Shown one piece after another: positions 39,864 to 49,368 of a stretch of DNA of 64,000 nucleotides. The notes below the pieces were generated by a model, which was given only the letters and a program-made list of their open reading frames with translations, searched no databases and was not told the DNA's origin. The position numbers and the translations under genes were made by a program. The stretch comes from Nitrospirota bacterium (lineage in GTDB: Bacteria > Nitrospirota > UBA9217), in contig CAVVUN010000001.1 in assembly GCA_963751455.1 (NCBI GenBank), forward strand, positions 256,001-320,000, given 5' to 3'. How positions within the stretch are numbered: position 1 is the stretch's first letter; every line of letters starts with the position of its first letter.

Positions 39864-39974
39864 TCGCAAAGCCGCAAAGGATGCAAAGGGTAGACCAATC
39901 GAAGCAAATTCTTAAGAATCGATGCCCTGTTTTAATTTTAAAACTTTTCTTAGCGGCTTAGCGCCTTTGCGAGA
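39864..39974. repeat. Palindromic CGCAAAG 9-nt-period repeat
   Basis: tctcgcaaagccgcaaaggatgcaaag ... cttagcggcttagcgcctttgcgaga. Confidence 0.7.
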
Positions 39975-40018
39975 GATAAGTATTGCGCTTTTTGGTTCTT
40001 TTGCCTCTATATATTCCC

Positions 40019-40675
40019 ATGACACTTACCGAATTCATCAAAGCCTGGCCTATCCTCAGAAAACAAGTAAAAACACTCGACCTTCCCTGGCTCGAGAATT
40101 TTGCAGCCACTGACCGCGATCCGTTTAAGGTCCTGATCTCCTGTATCCTGAGTCTGAGGACCCAGGACAAAACAACAGGACCTGCATCCGAACGCCTTTT
40201 CAAACTTGTATCGGATCCGTATTCCCTCTCACGTCTGCCGATTAAAACCATCGAAAAAGCGATCTATCCTGTGGGCTTTTACCGTGTCAAGGCTCGAACA
40301 CTCAGGGACATAAGCATGGAGCTCATCGAAAAGCACGATTCGAAAGTCCCGGACACGCTTGAAGGGCTTCTTGAGCTAAGAGGGGTAGGAAGAAAGACCG
40401 CCAATCTTGTCTTGACGCGCGGGTTCGATAAATACGGCATCTGCGTTGACACTCACGTGCACCGCATCACAAACCGCTGGGGACTGGTCTGGACTAAAAC
40501 GCCGGATGAGTCGGAACTTGCCTTGCGGGATTTGCTGCCGAAACGATACTGGAAGGATTTGAACGGAATTCTCGTGGCCTACGGCCAGCATGTCTGCCAG
40601 CCCGTGTCCCCTTTCTGCTCTCAATGTCGAATTTACTCTTTGTGTGATAAACGGGGAGTTGTACGAAGTCGATAA
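40019..40675 (+). CDS. nth: Endonuclease III
   Basis: ILSLRTQD, HhH GVGRKTAN, VDTHVHR, C-x6-C-x2-C-x5-C. Confidence 0.9.
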   Translation: MTLTEFIKAWPILRKQVKTLDLPWLENFAATDRDPFKVLISCILSLRTQDKTTGPASERLFKLVSDPYSLSRLPIKTIEKAIYPVGFYRVKARTLRDISMELIEKHDSKVPDTLEGLLELRGVGRKTANLVLTRGFDKYGICVDTHVHRITNRWGLVWTKTPDESELALRDLLPKRYWKDLNGILVAYGQHVCQPVSPFCSQCRIYSLCDKRGVVRSR

Positions 40676-40857
40676 ACGCAGTTCTCTTCGCGCAGCCACT
40701 ACCGCAAGTTGTTTGTCCCGCAAGATGTTTTGGTCGGTCATGTCCTTCAAGTCACCAGGTTCAAAAATAATTGACTTGTTTTTTAAAAAAAAGTAAATTT
40801 CATTCTAATGAATTACAAACCTTCATAATACTCAGGCCGGAATAATTCTCTTTCCGA

Positions 40858-41070
40858 CTAGTGTAGTGTCTCTTAAATGGACGGTGTTATGATGATTTCA
40901 TCGAAAAACTTATCTTCGCATAAATATTTGCTGATGAATTTGTAGGGCGACCCTTTAGGGTTGCTGCTGTTCCGGCGCTTTCAGCAAGGCTAAAGCCTTG
41001 CCCTACAAGGTTGGCTGCGGCCTACTGCTGCGCTATGATAACACCAGTCGTTTGTGAGACACTACACTAG
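40858..41070 (-). mobile_element. MITE family A copy 2
   Basis: Reverse complement of 5745-5958, same TIRs. Confidence 0.9.
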
Positions 41071-41223
41071 CTGGAAATAGCAAAAAAAGAAGGTTGATTC
41101 TGATCCGTTGAGTCTTACATCGCTGTTTCGTGCCTCATCGGCAATGGCGATATCAGTGTAACGTCACGTTGCGATTGGGCTGCTCTTTTTTTTCAATCAT
41201 TGGTTTAACACAGGAGATCGCGT

Positions 41224-42499
41224 ATGGACACTGATCTGGATTCCGCCAACAAATATTTTCTCGGTCGTTCACGGCGGCTGTTGTCTCTGCTGCTGATTCT
41301 CTGCATTTCGGGCTCGGGCCTGGTGGCCGGAATACTGCTGAAGGGCAGCCAGCAGGAAACTTTCGAGGCCGAGAATATAGTCAAGGGCTCCATCCGTCGT
41401 GGAGACACCATTTCATCCCTGCTCGGATCTGTGTTCAGCCCGAAAGAAATACATGACTTGATCCGGCAATCCCGTGAAGTCTATCCCCTTACCAGGATTT
41501 CCGTGGGTCAACCCTACAAGCTGTCTTTGAGCGGAGGCAGCTTCAAACGTTTCGCCTATGACATCGATTCCAACGATCAACTGATAATATACCGTGATGA
41601 TAACGGCTTTTCCGTGTCCCGGGAACCAATCCAGTATATGGTCGAACACGCTGCTGTAAAGGGCACCATCGAATCGAGCCTGTTCCAGGCGGTGGTCGAT
41701 ATCGGCGAAAGCGAAGGGCTGGCCCTTCAGCTTGCGGACATTTTTGCCTGGGACATAGACTTTTTCAATGACATCCGGGTCAACGACTCTTTCGAGGTCG
41801 TGGTTGAAAAACGATACCGCAAAGGTCAGCCGTCGGGTAACGGCCGCCTGCTCGCAGCAAGCTTCACGGTTCAGGACCAGACCTACAAGGCCTTCTATTT
41901 TCAGGACGGCAACCAGGCTCCGGGCTACTATGACGAGAATGGACACAGTTTGCGCAAGGCCTTTCTAAAAGCTCCGCTTTCCTTCAGCCGCATCTCTTCC
42001 GGTTTCAGCATGCGTCGACTCCACCCGGTTACGCACCGCGTCAAGGCGCATCCGGCCATCGACTATGCCGCGCCGTCAGGGACACCCATTCAAACTGTCG
42101 GCGACGGCACCATCACCTTCGCCCGCCTATAAAGGCGACAACGGCAAATGCGTCAAGATTCGACACCCCAACGGATGGATTACGATGTACAACCACCTCA
42201 GCCGTTTCGGCAAGAACATCCAGGCGGGAAAGAAGGTCCAACAGGGTCAGGTTATCGGTTATGTGGGCAGCACCGGCCTGTCCACTGGCCCCCATCTCGA
42301 CTTCCGCATGTACAGAGACGGTAAACCGGTGAACCCCCTGACGATCAAATCGCCCCCTGCAATACCGGTCTCTACCGCGAATCTTGCGGATTTCAAGGCA
42401 ATGGTTGCCGATCGGCTGGCATTCATGGAAACTCAACCGTCACAGATTACTGCAAAGGCAACACTTACCCTGCAGTCTCCCACACCAAACGGGACATAG
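41224..42499 (+). CDS. M23 (MepM-like) peptidoglycan endopeptidase, frameshift near 42123
   Basis: HPAIDYAAP in the first ORF, YNHLS and STGPHLDF in the second; deleting one C in GCCCGCC restores FAAYKG. Confidence 0.88.
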
Positions 42500-42567
42500 G
42501 AGACAGCCTTACAGGATTCCGGGAAAAGGATTCGTAGCGGAGGCAAACTCAAGGCTTGGACGCGGGG

Positions 42568-43191
42568 TCACAACTTAGGGAACCGTATGCGGCTGACCAT
42601 AAGTGAGCCGGAGACCGCGAAGAGCAATAGCGGATGAAGCGTGAAGCCGGCAAGTTTAACCCTTCCAAACCAGAGTGTTTCGTGCAGAGCGCCCTGGGAG
42701 GCAGCAATCCACATCATAATAACCAGCAATAGCGACGTTGGAATGGGAGTTCCTTCGAAGTACTTCACCTTATCTCCGCCTTCAGACAGCGCCTCGGCCG
42801 TAACGTTGAAGCGGGCCAGGCGAGAAACTCCGCAAGCAACGAAAAAGGTCAGGACAATACGGTCGTAAAAGCCCTGCATGCCGCAGCCGTATGCAATCAC
42901 AGCCGGGGCTACACCGAAGGAAACAATGTCAGCGAGCGAGTCAAGGTCTCTGCCCATGGCCGAAGTCTTTTGCCGCCATCGCGCAATCCTTCCATCCAGG
43001 ACATCGAACACAAAAGCAGCAACCACTGACGAGCAAGCAAAGTAGATATGCTTGACGTTGGCCGTTTGCAGGTATGTCATCATAGCAAACAACGCCGACA
43101 TGCCGCAGGCTGCGTTCGCCAGTGTAAACCAGTCGGCAAGATGGAACTCTCGAATCATCGAGAAAGGTTTATTCTTTCCATAAATAGCCAT
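42568..43191 (-). CDS. CDP-alcohol phosphatidyltransferase (PssA-like)
   Basis: DVLDGRIAR...G..LDSLADIVSFGVAP, RLARFN. Confidence 0.88.
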   Translation of the reverse strand: MAIYGKNKPFSMIREFHLADWFTLANAACGMSALFAMMTYLQTANVKHIYFACSSVVAAFVFDVLDGRIARWRQKTSAMGRDLDSLADIVSFGVAPAVIAYGCGMQGFYDRIVLTFFVACGVSRLARFNVTAEALSEGGDKVKYFEGTPIPTSLLLVIMMWIAASQGALHETLWFGRVKLAGFTLHPLLLFAVSGSLMVSRIRFPKL

Positions 43192-43320
43192 GGCTGACAG
43201 TATTCCTTATATGGCAACAACAGACGATGTCTGTCGCTGGCTTTGCAAGCAGAACCAATTCAACATCATCAAGTCCCTTCTCACTTTCCTCAAGGCGCAT
43301 TCTCGCGGCGCGAAGCGCCG

Positions 43321-43373
43321 GGAGAACCGCGCGGGTGAGGCGCCACCCGTCGCGCTCGACCTGCTGGTTAATT
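43321..43373 (-). other. attC-like integron cassette recombination site
   Basis: AATTAAC (overlaps the gene stop)-CAGCAGGTCGAGCGC...GCGCCTCACCCGCGCG-GTT; imperfect palindrome with extrahelical C. Confidence 0.6.
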
Positions 43374-44456
43374 TGAGGAATGTGTTGTGTTTGAGCCAGT
43401 TTGCGTCTCGGAGGGCGCTGAAATATCTTCTGTGTTAGATTCGACGCGCCTGATCATCTGCGTAACTGCATCTTTAGCGTTTATCGGCAATAACTTCATG
43501 TTCGGATGTTGTCTTGCGAAAACTCGAAAAACTTCATCGGCAAACGCTTGGCCGATAGATTCAACATCCTTGAAGTCGAACAATACCGTTTTGAACCGTT
43601 CTATCCGTATCAGTAGCCGTTTCGCTTGTGACCTGGAGACGAGTTGTTCGTTCTCATATTGTGCAAGCCGAACGGGCACAACAGTTTTCGTAAATCCATA
43701 ATCATCGTCAGAATATTTGTTAAAAATCTCTTCAGTTGTTCGTGCCGTATTATTTCTTAATTTCATGGTTATGAACGTGCCATTTTGATATTTCGAAGTT
43801 TGTAATATCCAATCTTCATCCTTATCATATGCATGCGAGAGAAAAACTTCACCAGATAAAATGCTATATTCATCGAACATTCGTGAACTAAAAAAGATAC
43901 CCTCTCCACTGTGACGAGTTGGATCCGTTGTTAGCTTTCCCTTAGTCAGTTCAATTACTGCGTGACGTTCATCAAGAAGGTCCATCGCATTTTTAATTTT
44001 TGTGAAAATGCCTATCCCATTATCCCATATGTACATTTCTGTTGAAGTTGCAGTTTTCTTTATATTAATGGTGACGGTCGTACCTTCGGAGTGGTCAATA
44101 ACATTGTTGAACATCTCTGAAAAGCCATGATTCCAAATAGCAAGTGCCTTATCCGGTAGCGAACTTAATTTTGGCTTTACTTCATTTCGCCAGACCACAT
44201 CCTCAGCACGAGTATTCGTGAGAAAGAATGTTTCATTCCATTCAAACTGTGGATGCAAAGAATAGCGTACACTCTTAGCTTTTCCTTCTCGGATTAAAGC
44301 CTTTTGCTCTATGAGTTGCTTGATATGTTTATTGACAGCTTGTCGTGAAACGGCAAATGTTTCGCCTGTAATATTCACTATATCTTTCGGATTTTTTTCA
44401 ACATTTTCAAGAATAAACTCTCTTATTATTTCACCGCGTTTCCTTAATTTGGTCAT
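43368..44456 (-). CDS. HTH + HATPase-like + STAS-like (DUF4325) protein
   Basis: N-terminal HTH (VSRQAVNKHI), EMFNNVIDHS, DNGIGI, SGEGIFF, C-terminal DFKDVESIGQAFADE. Confidence 0.85.
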   Translation of the reverse strand: MTKLRKRGEIIREFILENVEKNPKDIVNITGETFAVSRQAVNKHIKQLIEQKALIREGKAKSVRYSLHPQFEWNETFFLTNTRAEDVVWRNEVKPKLSSLPDKALAIWNHGFSEMFNNVIDHSEGTTVTINIKKTATSTEMYIWDNGIGIFTKIKNAMDLLDERHAVIELTKGKLTTDPTRHSGEGIFFSSRMFDEYSILSGEVFLSHAYDKDEDWILQTSKYQNGTFITMKLRNNTARTTEEIFNKYSDDDYGFTKTVVPVRLAQYENEQLVSRSQAKRLLIRIERFKTVLFDFKDVESIGQAFADEVFRVFARQHPNMKLLPINAKDAVTQMIRRVESNTEDISAPSETQTGSNTTHSSN

Positions 44457-44479
44457 ATATCAAACCTCAACTACAGTAT

Positions 44480-44533
44480 TTGACAACCTTTACTGTTGGA
44501 ATTGTAAACCTTAATGGTTTGATTGTCAACCTT
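44480..44533 (-). promoter_or_regulatory. Promoter overlapped by three 11-bp direct repeats
   Basis: TTGACA-17-TACAAT on minus; TTGWMAACCTT at 44480, 44502, 44523. Confidence 0.6.
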
Positions 44534-44788
44534 AATATGCTAACCAATTGATTTCATGGCTATTATACTGGAGGGCAATAATGGCAGGCATCGTGCCAAT
44601 CATTGGGAATTAACGTGAAAACTGCGTATAAAACGTTAGAAGCTTAACAAAGCGTTCGAGAACAGCTTTACATGGGCCTCCCAAACTAAACGCTTAGGGC
44701 ATGTTATTGATTAAAAGGAAAATGCCGGGAGGTTTTTGGGCGAGATGGGGTTCGCTTACCGGGTCGGACCAAATTAAGTTATTGTACC

Positions 44789-45009
44789 TCAAAGATTATC
44801 ATTCCAAAAGTAGACTTTTTCAAGGCTTAGAGGCACTTTTTCATGGCCCAAAAGCGGCTTATAAGCTGCCACATCCTCCCGCAACTCATACCTGCCATCC
44901 GTGTCGTATATATCACGGCCCTTGGCCTTTGATTAACGATCCTCTATCCATCCCCGGTAAGCCTCTGCAAGCTCATCCATAGAATTGAAATTCAAACATC
45001 CTTGCAGTC
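44789..45009 (-). pseudogene. 3' remnant of a RAYT-like (REP-associated tyrosine) transposase, cut by IS3
   Basis: Translates LNFNSMDELAEAYRGWIE*/KAKGRDIYDTDGRYELRE...YFWNDNL*, followed by GGTCCGACCC; family recognised from memory. Confidence 0.55.
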
Positions 45010-45083
45010 CCCTCTGTGTCAATATGACTGAGACACCTCCCCTATGGTAAATTAGAGTAGCGGGCGGGGGAGGAAATAACCTT

Positions 45084-45587
45084 ATGATAGCAACAAAGAT
45101 CAAAGCAACCCAGGGAAACGAAGGGGCCCGTAGGGCGACTGAGGTTCCCTGGGACGAGCCCCAGCAAGAAGTCAATTCTCATCAAGGTATGGCTTCGGTC
45201 CTGCCGGACCCCGAGGTTCCGGCCAAAGCCGTGCGGCGACGTTTTACAGCTGAATACAAGCTTCGAGTCCTTACGCTTGCCGATGCCTGCGATGAGCCGG
45301 GGTGCCTTGGTACGCTCCTGCGCCGAGAAGGGCTCTATGCATCGAATCTCAAAACCTGGCAAGGTCAGCGCGACCGCGGCGTACTATCCGGCCTCGCGCC
45401 CAAGAAGCGAGGGCGTAAGGAATCAGTCCGCCATCCTCTCCATGTAGAGAACGAAAAGCTCCGCAAAGAGAATGAACGGCTTACCAATCGTCTCAGGCAG
45501 GCCGAAATTATCATCGACGTTCAAAAAAAAATATCACAGATTCTGGGGATCCCGCCTGCGACCCCGGTGAAAGGAGAGAGCGAATAA
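45084..45587 (+). CDS. IS3 transposase OrfA
   Basis: RRRFTAEYK HTH, leucine zipper, A9 slippery site at QKKI. Confidence 0.9.
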   Translation: MIATKIKATQGNEGARRATEVPWDEPQQEVNSHQGMASVLPDPEVPAKAVRRRFTAEYKLRVLTLADACDEPGCLGTLLRREGLYASNLKTWQGQRDRGVLSGLAPKKRGRKESVRHPLHVENEKLRKENERLTNRLRQAEIIIDVQKKISQILGIPPATPVKGESE

Positions 45588-46603
45588 TGGAAGCCGCTCT
45601 TACTCTTTCCTGTGATATCGGGATCAAATCAGCATGTGCATCGCTCGATGTGCCTCGTTCAGGGTTCTACCGGACGCAGGCACGAAAAAATGCGCCTCTC
45701 CTGGAGCGCAGAAAACGTCCGAGACCTCCTCGTGCACTCTCTTCAGACGAACGGCAAGGAGTACTCGATATTCTCCATGCCGACCGTTTCACCGACAAGG
45801 CACCCCAAGAGGTCTATGCAACCCTTCTGGATGAAGGGGAATATCACTGCTCTATAAGCACCATGTACCGCATCCTCGACGAAAACCAGGAGGTCAAGGA
45901 GCGCAGGAACCAGCTCACCCATCCCGTGTATCAGAAGCCGGAACTTTTGGCCACGGCACCGAACCAAGTCTGGTCCTGGGACATTACGAAGCTTTTAGGC
46001 CCGGCAAAATGGACCTATTTTTACCTCTACGTGATCATGGACATCTTCAGCCGCTACGTCGTCGGCTGGATGATCGCCCCTGCTGAATCGGCTTCATTGG
46101 CGGAAAGGCTCATCAAGGAAACCTGCGCAAAGCAGAATATCGAAAAAGGACAGCTCACGATTCACGCGGACCGCGGCTCTTCCATGAGGTCCAAGCCGGT
46201 TGCCTTGCTCATGGCTGATCTGGGGGTCACGAAGACTCACAGCAGGCCGTATACGAGCGATGATAATCCGTTTTCCGAGTCACAATTCAAGACGCTCAAG
46301 TACCGGCCGGATTTCCCCGATCGGTTCGGCTGCATCGAGGACAGCCGAGGTTTCTGCCAAGTCTTTTTCCCTTGGTACAATACCGAGCATCACCACTCCG
46401 GCATCGGACTGCTTACGCCGGAATCCGTCCATTACGGAGTTGCCGAAGACGTGCAAAAAGCCAGAAGCGTGGTGCTTCTTACAGCGTACGAGGCGCATCC
46501 TGAAAGGTTCGTGAGGAAGATCCCGGTTCCTCCTTCATTACCGGACGCGGTGTGGATTAATAAGCCGAAACCGATCCCTCTGAGCGAGGAAAAAGTACAC
46601 TAA
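45587..46603 (+). CDS. IS3 transposase OrfB (DDE)
   Basis: WSWDIT, DIFSRYVVGW, HADRGS, DNPFSESQF. Confidence 0.93.
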   Translation: MEAALTLSCDIGIKSACASLDVPRSGFYRTQARKNAPLLERRKRPRPPRALSSDERQGVLDILHADRFTDKAPQEVYATLLDEGEYHCSISTMYRILDENQEVKERRNQLTHPVYQKPELLATAPNQVWSWDITKLLGPAKWTYFYLYVIMDIFSRYVVGWMIAPAESASLAERLIKETCAKQNIEKGQLTIHADRGSSMRSKPVALLMADLGVTKTHSRPYTSDDNPFSESQFKTLKYRPDFPDRFGCIEDSRGFCQVFFPWYNTEHHHSGIGLLTPESVHYGVAEDVQKARSVVLLTAYEAHPERFVRKIPVPPSLPDAVWINKPKPIPLSEEKVH

Positions 46604-46758
46604 ATTCGGACGCGGGGTGTCTCAAAGTCATTGACAAATTCCGAGGATCGTTCCTCGCCTTTTTTCCCTACCTTGATTCTTATATTTCCCAAGCCTGCCT
46701 TTTTGTAAAAACAATTATAATCAATTAGAAGGTGAGGCTTGATCTAAATGAGCGACGG

Positions 46759-47303
46759 AAAATAATGCTAAACATGAACATCATAACTTCGTGATACGCC
46801 AATCCCTATTCTAAATTTGAAATGTAATTTTAAACTTGACATATAACTTAACTACTTGTAAAATAACATTATTTATAAATTAAGTAAAAGTTGTTGGATT
46901 GGAAGAAGATCAGAGCGGGCTGACTTTACCGAAAAATATAAATCATAAAGCGATCAAAAAAATAGCAGCGCGTTTTAAATTAAAAATAAAAAGTACTTAT
47001 AATTTTAATAAATAGATATATATCTTATTAATCAAGTATATAAAGTTATAAGATTATAATCTTAAAATGAATTACAAACTTTTATAACCAAGCAATAAAA
47101 TAATGCTAAATTCAAACATCATATTATAGTGAAATGCCAAATCCTATTCTAGATTAATATATGGAGTTTTAAACTTAACAAAAATCTAAAATGCCATAAA
47201 CAAAGGTTATTTTTATACAAAAAAATATAATTGGATTGGAGGAAGAAAAGATCGGGGTGACTTTTGCCGGAAATATATATCCACAAAAGATCCAGAAAAA
47301 GCA
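46759..47303. repeat. Two diverged ~205-nt direct repeats (46759-46966, 47097-47303)
   Basis: Colinear shared blocks AAAATAATGCTAAA, AACATCATA, CCTATTCTA, TTTTAAACTT, TTGGATTGGA, TGACTTT; period 338. Confidence 0.75.
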
Positions 47304-47424
47304 CAATGCCATGCTATTTATGAATAATAGTACATGCGTAACTATATTATAGTTAAAAATAGGTTGATTTAAAAGTTAGAATATGATATAGATTATGCTT
47401 AATTCATTATTCGGAGGAAAAACA

Positions 47425-47847
47425 ATGAGCGATGTAAATGACAACAACTTAAAGAAAAGAATTGTTGCGGAAATGACTGATGATTATTCTAACGCTTTAG
47501 AAAAAAATTTTGAAGAGGCTAAGCGTCTTTTGCGTGTAACAAAAGAAGGCAAAGTAACCGTTTTGTTCAAGGATAAGCTAGCTGGCGAAGAGAAGATTGC
47601 TCTTTATCTTATTGGAAAATTATACGCAAAAGAAGCAGGTTTTATAGAAAAACAGGAGGTAGACAACAAAGAGTTAATGGATGAACTAGGCATCCCAAAA
47701 GGTTCTTTGCTTCCCTGGCTAAAGAATCTCCGAGATAGGAAAAAAGCAAAACAAATAAAGACAGGTCGTAATGTTTTACATACGATACCAGTAAATTTAA
47801 TAGAAAAAACCCTAAAGGAGATTGGGAAAAAACTAGAGACCTTCTAA
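47425..47847 (+). CDS. Hypothetical protein with predicted winged HTH
   Basis: GGAGG RBS; ELMDELGIPKGSLLPWLKNL HTH-like segment. Confidence 0.7.
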   Translation: MSDVNDNNLKKRIVAEMTDDYSNALEKNFEEAKRLLRVTKEGKVTVLFKDKLAGEEKIALYLIGKLYAKEAGFIEKQEVDNKELMDELGIPKGSLLPWLKNLRDRKKAKQIKTGRNVLHTIPVNLIEKTLKEIGKKLETF

Positions 47848-47858
47848 GGAGGATTAAA

Positions 47859-48269
47859 ATGGAGGCATTAAAAGAGATCGCTGAGATTGAAAAAAGAATA
47901 CAGGACCATGAAAAAAGAATATCGGACTTGGAAAAACTACTGCAATCGAAACCCGATGGCATAAAGAAAAAAATGTCGATTAAGGAATTCCTTTTAACAA
48001 AGGGTGCGAAAGATGACCAGCAGCGTACTTTGACTATTGGTTATTTCCTTGAAAAGTACGAGAACATGACTTTATTTAATGCCAAAGATTTGGAGAAAAG
48101 CTTCAGGGACGCGAAGCAAAAACCGCCACAAAATATAAACGATAAGGTTAACAAAAATATACAGAAAGGCTATATGATGGAAGCTTCTGAAGCAAAAGAT
48201 AGCAAAAAGGCCTGGGTTTTAACAAACACAGGAGAGGAAATCGTAGAAAGCAACTTCAATGAGGAATAG
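47859..48269 (+). CDS. Hypothetical protein: N-terminal coiled coil plus predicted wHTH
   Basis: AGGAGG RBS; heptad N-terminus; C-terminal WVLTNTGEE wing. Confidence 0.7.
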   Translation: MEALKEIAEIEKRIQDHEKRISDLEKLLQSKPDGIKKKMSIKEFLLTKGAKDDQQRTLTIGYFLEKYENMTLFNAKDLEKSFRDAKQKPPQNINDKVNKNIQKGYMMEASEAKDSKKAWVLTNTGEEIVESNFNEE

Positions 48270-48272
48270 GTT

Positions 48273-49064
48273 ATGGATAAAGAGCTTATTCAAAAATTTA
48301 AAGAAGTAGATACCTCAACCTTCCCAGACTTTGGGCACTACGACAAGCCTCTCGAAATGAGCTTATGGGTACTCTGGGTTGCAAAGGAAAAGTTAAGCAT
48401 CAAAAAAATGACTGCCGATGATGTCGCAGTTATCATTCGGGACATATATGAAACGAGCATTGAGGCAAAAGCGATATTAAGATCATTTAGCAGGGCTGGA
48501 AATAAAGTTCACACATACCAAGAAACAGAAAATGGAGCGACGCTTCATTATTATGAGATTATGCGTCATGGGAAAGAACATCTAGCCTCACTCGTAAGGG
48601 AGGGTGCGGTCGATGTCGTTTATTTTGAACCGGATAAAAGATACACGAGCAAAAGGTTACTGGCTAAGAATATTCTTGATAAACTTTCAGGGGATTTAAT
48701 GATAGTAGACCCATTTTGTGGAACGGCAACCTTAGATTTATTAAGTAATATTAAGGATAAAAAAATACGTTTGCTAACCAAGACGGAGAAATTACAAGAA
48801 CATGTTCGAAGCCGGTTTTTGCGCGAATTAAAAGATTTCAACCTCGAACATGCTCACGTAGAGTTTAAAAATTATCCTTACGATGATTTGCATGATCGCT
48901 ATGTATTGTCTTCAGATTACCTAGTTATACTGGGGCATAGCATCAAGGACCTTGGCGCCAAAGAGTCCTTTGCAGTTATATTGAACAAAAAAGATAGCGT
49001 TAATCTGATTGAAGCTGTAATAGAAAACTTCAACAGACGCTGGAAGCAGTCGATGGTGCTCTAA
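48273..49064 (+). CDS. Hypothetical protein with N-terminal wHTH-like and C-terminal PLD-like nuclease domain
   Basis: IVDPF...HDRYVLS...LGHSIKDLG...F..RW resembles PLD-fold HxK/HDR nucleases. Confidence 0.65.
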   Translation: MDKELIQKFKEVDTSTFPDFGHYDKPLEMSLWVLWVAKEKLSIKKMTADDVAVIIRDIYETSIEAKAILRSFSRAGNKVHTYQETENGATLHYYEIMRHGKEHLASLVREGAVDVVYFEPDKRYTSKRLLAKNILDKLSGDLMIVDPFCGTATLDLLSNIKDKKIRLLTKTEKLQEHVRSRFLRELKDFNLEHAHVEFKNYPYDDLHDRYVLSSDYLVILGHSIKDLGAKESFAVILNKKDSVNLIEAVIENFNRRWKQSMVL

Positions 49065-49368
49065 TCAAAGTAAGGGGGGAAGTTATAGGTCAAAGGGAAA
49101 TATAGGTTGCACGAGTGTTCGAAAGCGCGTTGAACTTTTTCTTGGCGTACCTGCAATATGGGAAAGGAAAAAATCAGGATAGATCATGGGAGGCAAATGT
49201 ATGTCAGAAGAAAACAATGAAACTAAGCATGGACATTTGTTAAAGAAGCTTAATGAAATGAAACGATTAGTAGATGATTGCATCGCGAGCATAATCGATA
49301 TCGACCCGTCAAATTACACCTTGCAAGAGAAAGCAAAACCGGTAAGCTTTGAAAAGCTTGATTTTAAA

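Larger units (their letters stand above)
45010..46643 (+). mobile_element. IS3-family element copy 1 (1634 bp)
   Basis: Imperfect TIRs containing TGTCAAT...GAGACACC; extent set by identity with the inverted copy at 50265-51898. Confidence 0.93.

Noticed and set aside
8553-39974. Short intergenic repeats as CRISPR arrays
   Set aside because: Units are 7-10 nt, tandem and inverted, with no unique spacers and no cas genes
42118-42132. M23 peptidase frameshift as phase variation
   Set aside because: Only a 3-C run, no slippery tract; likely an indel error
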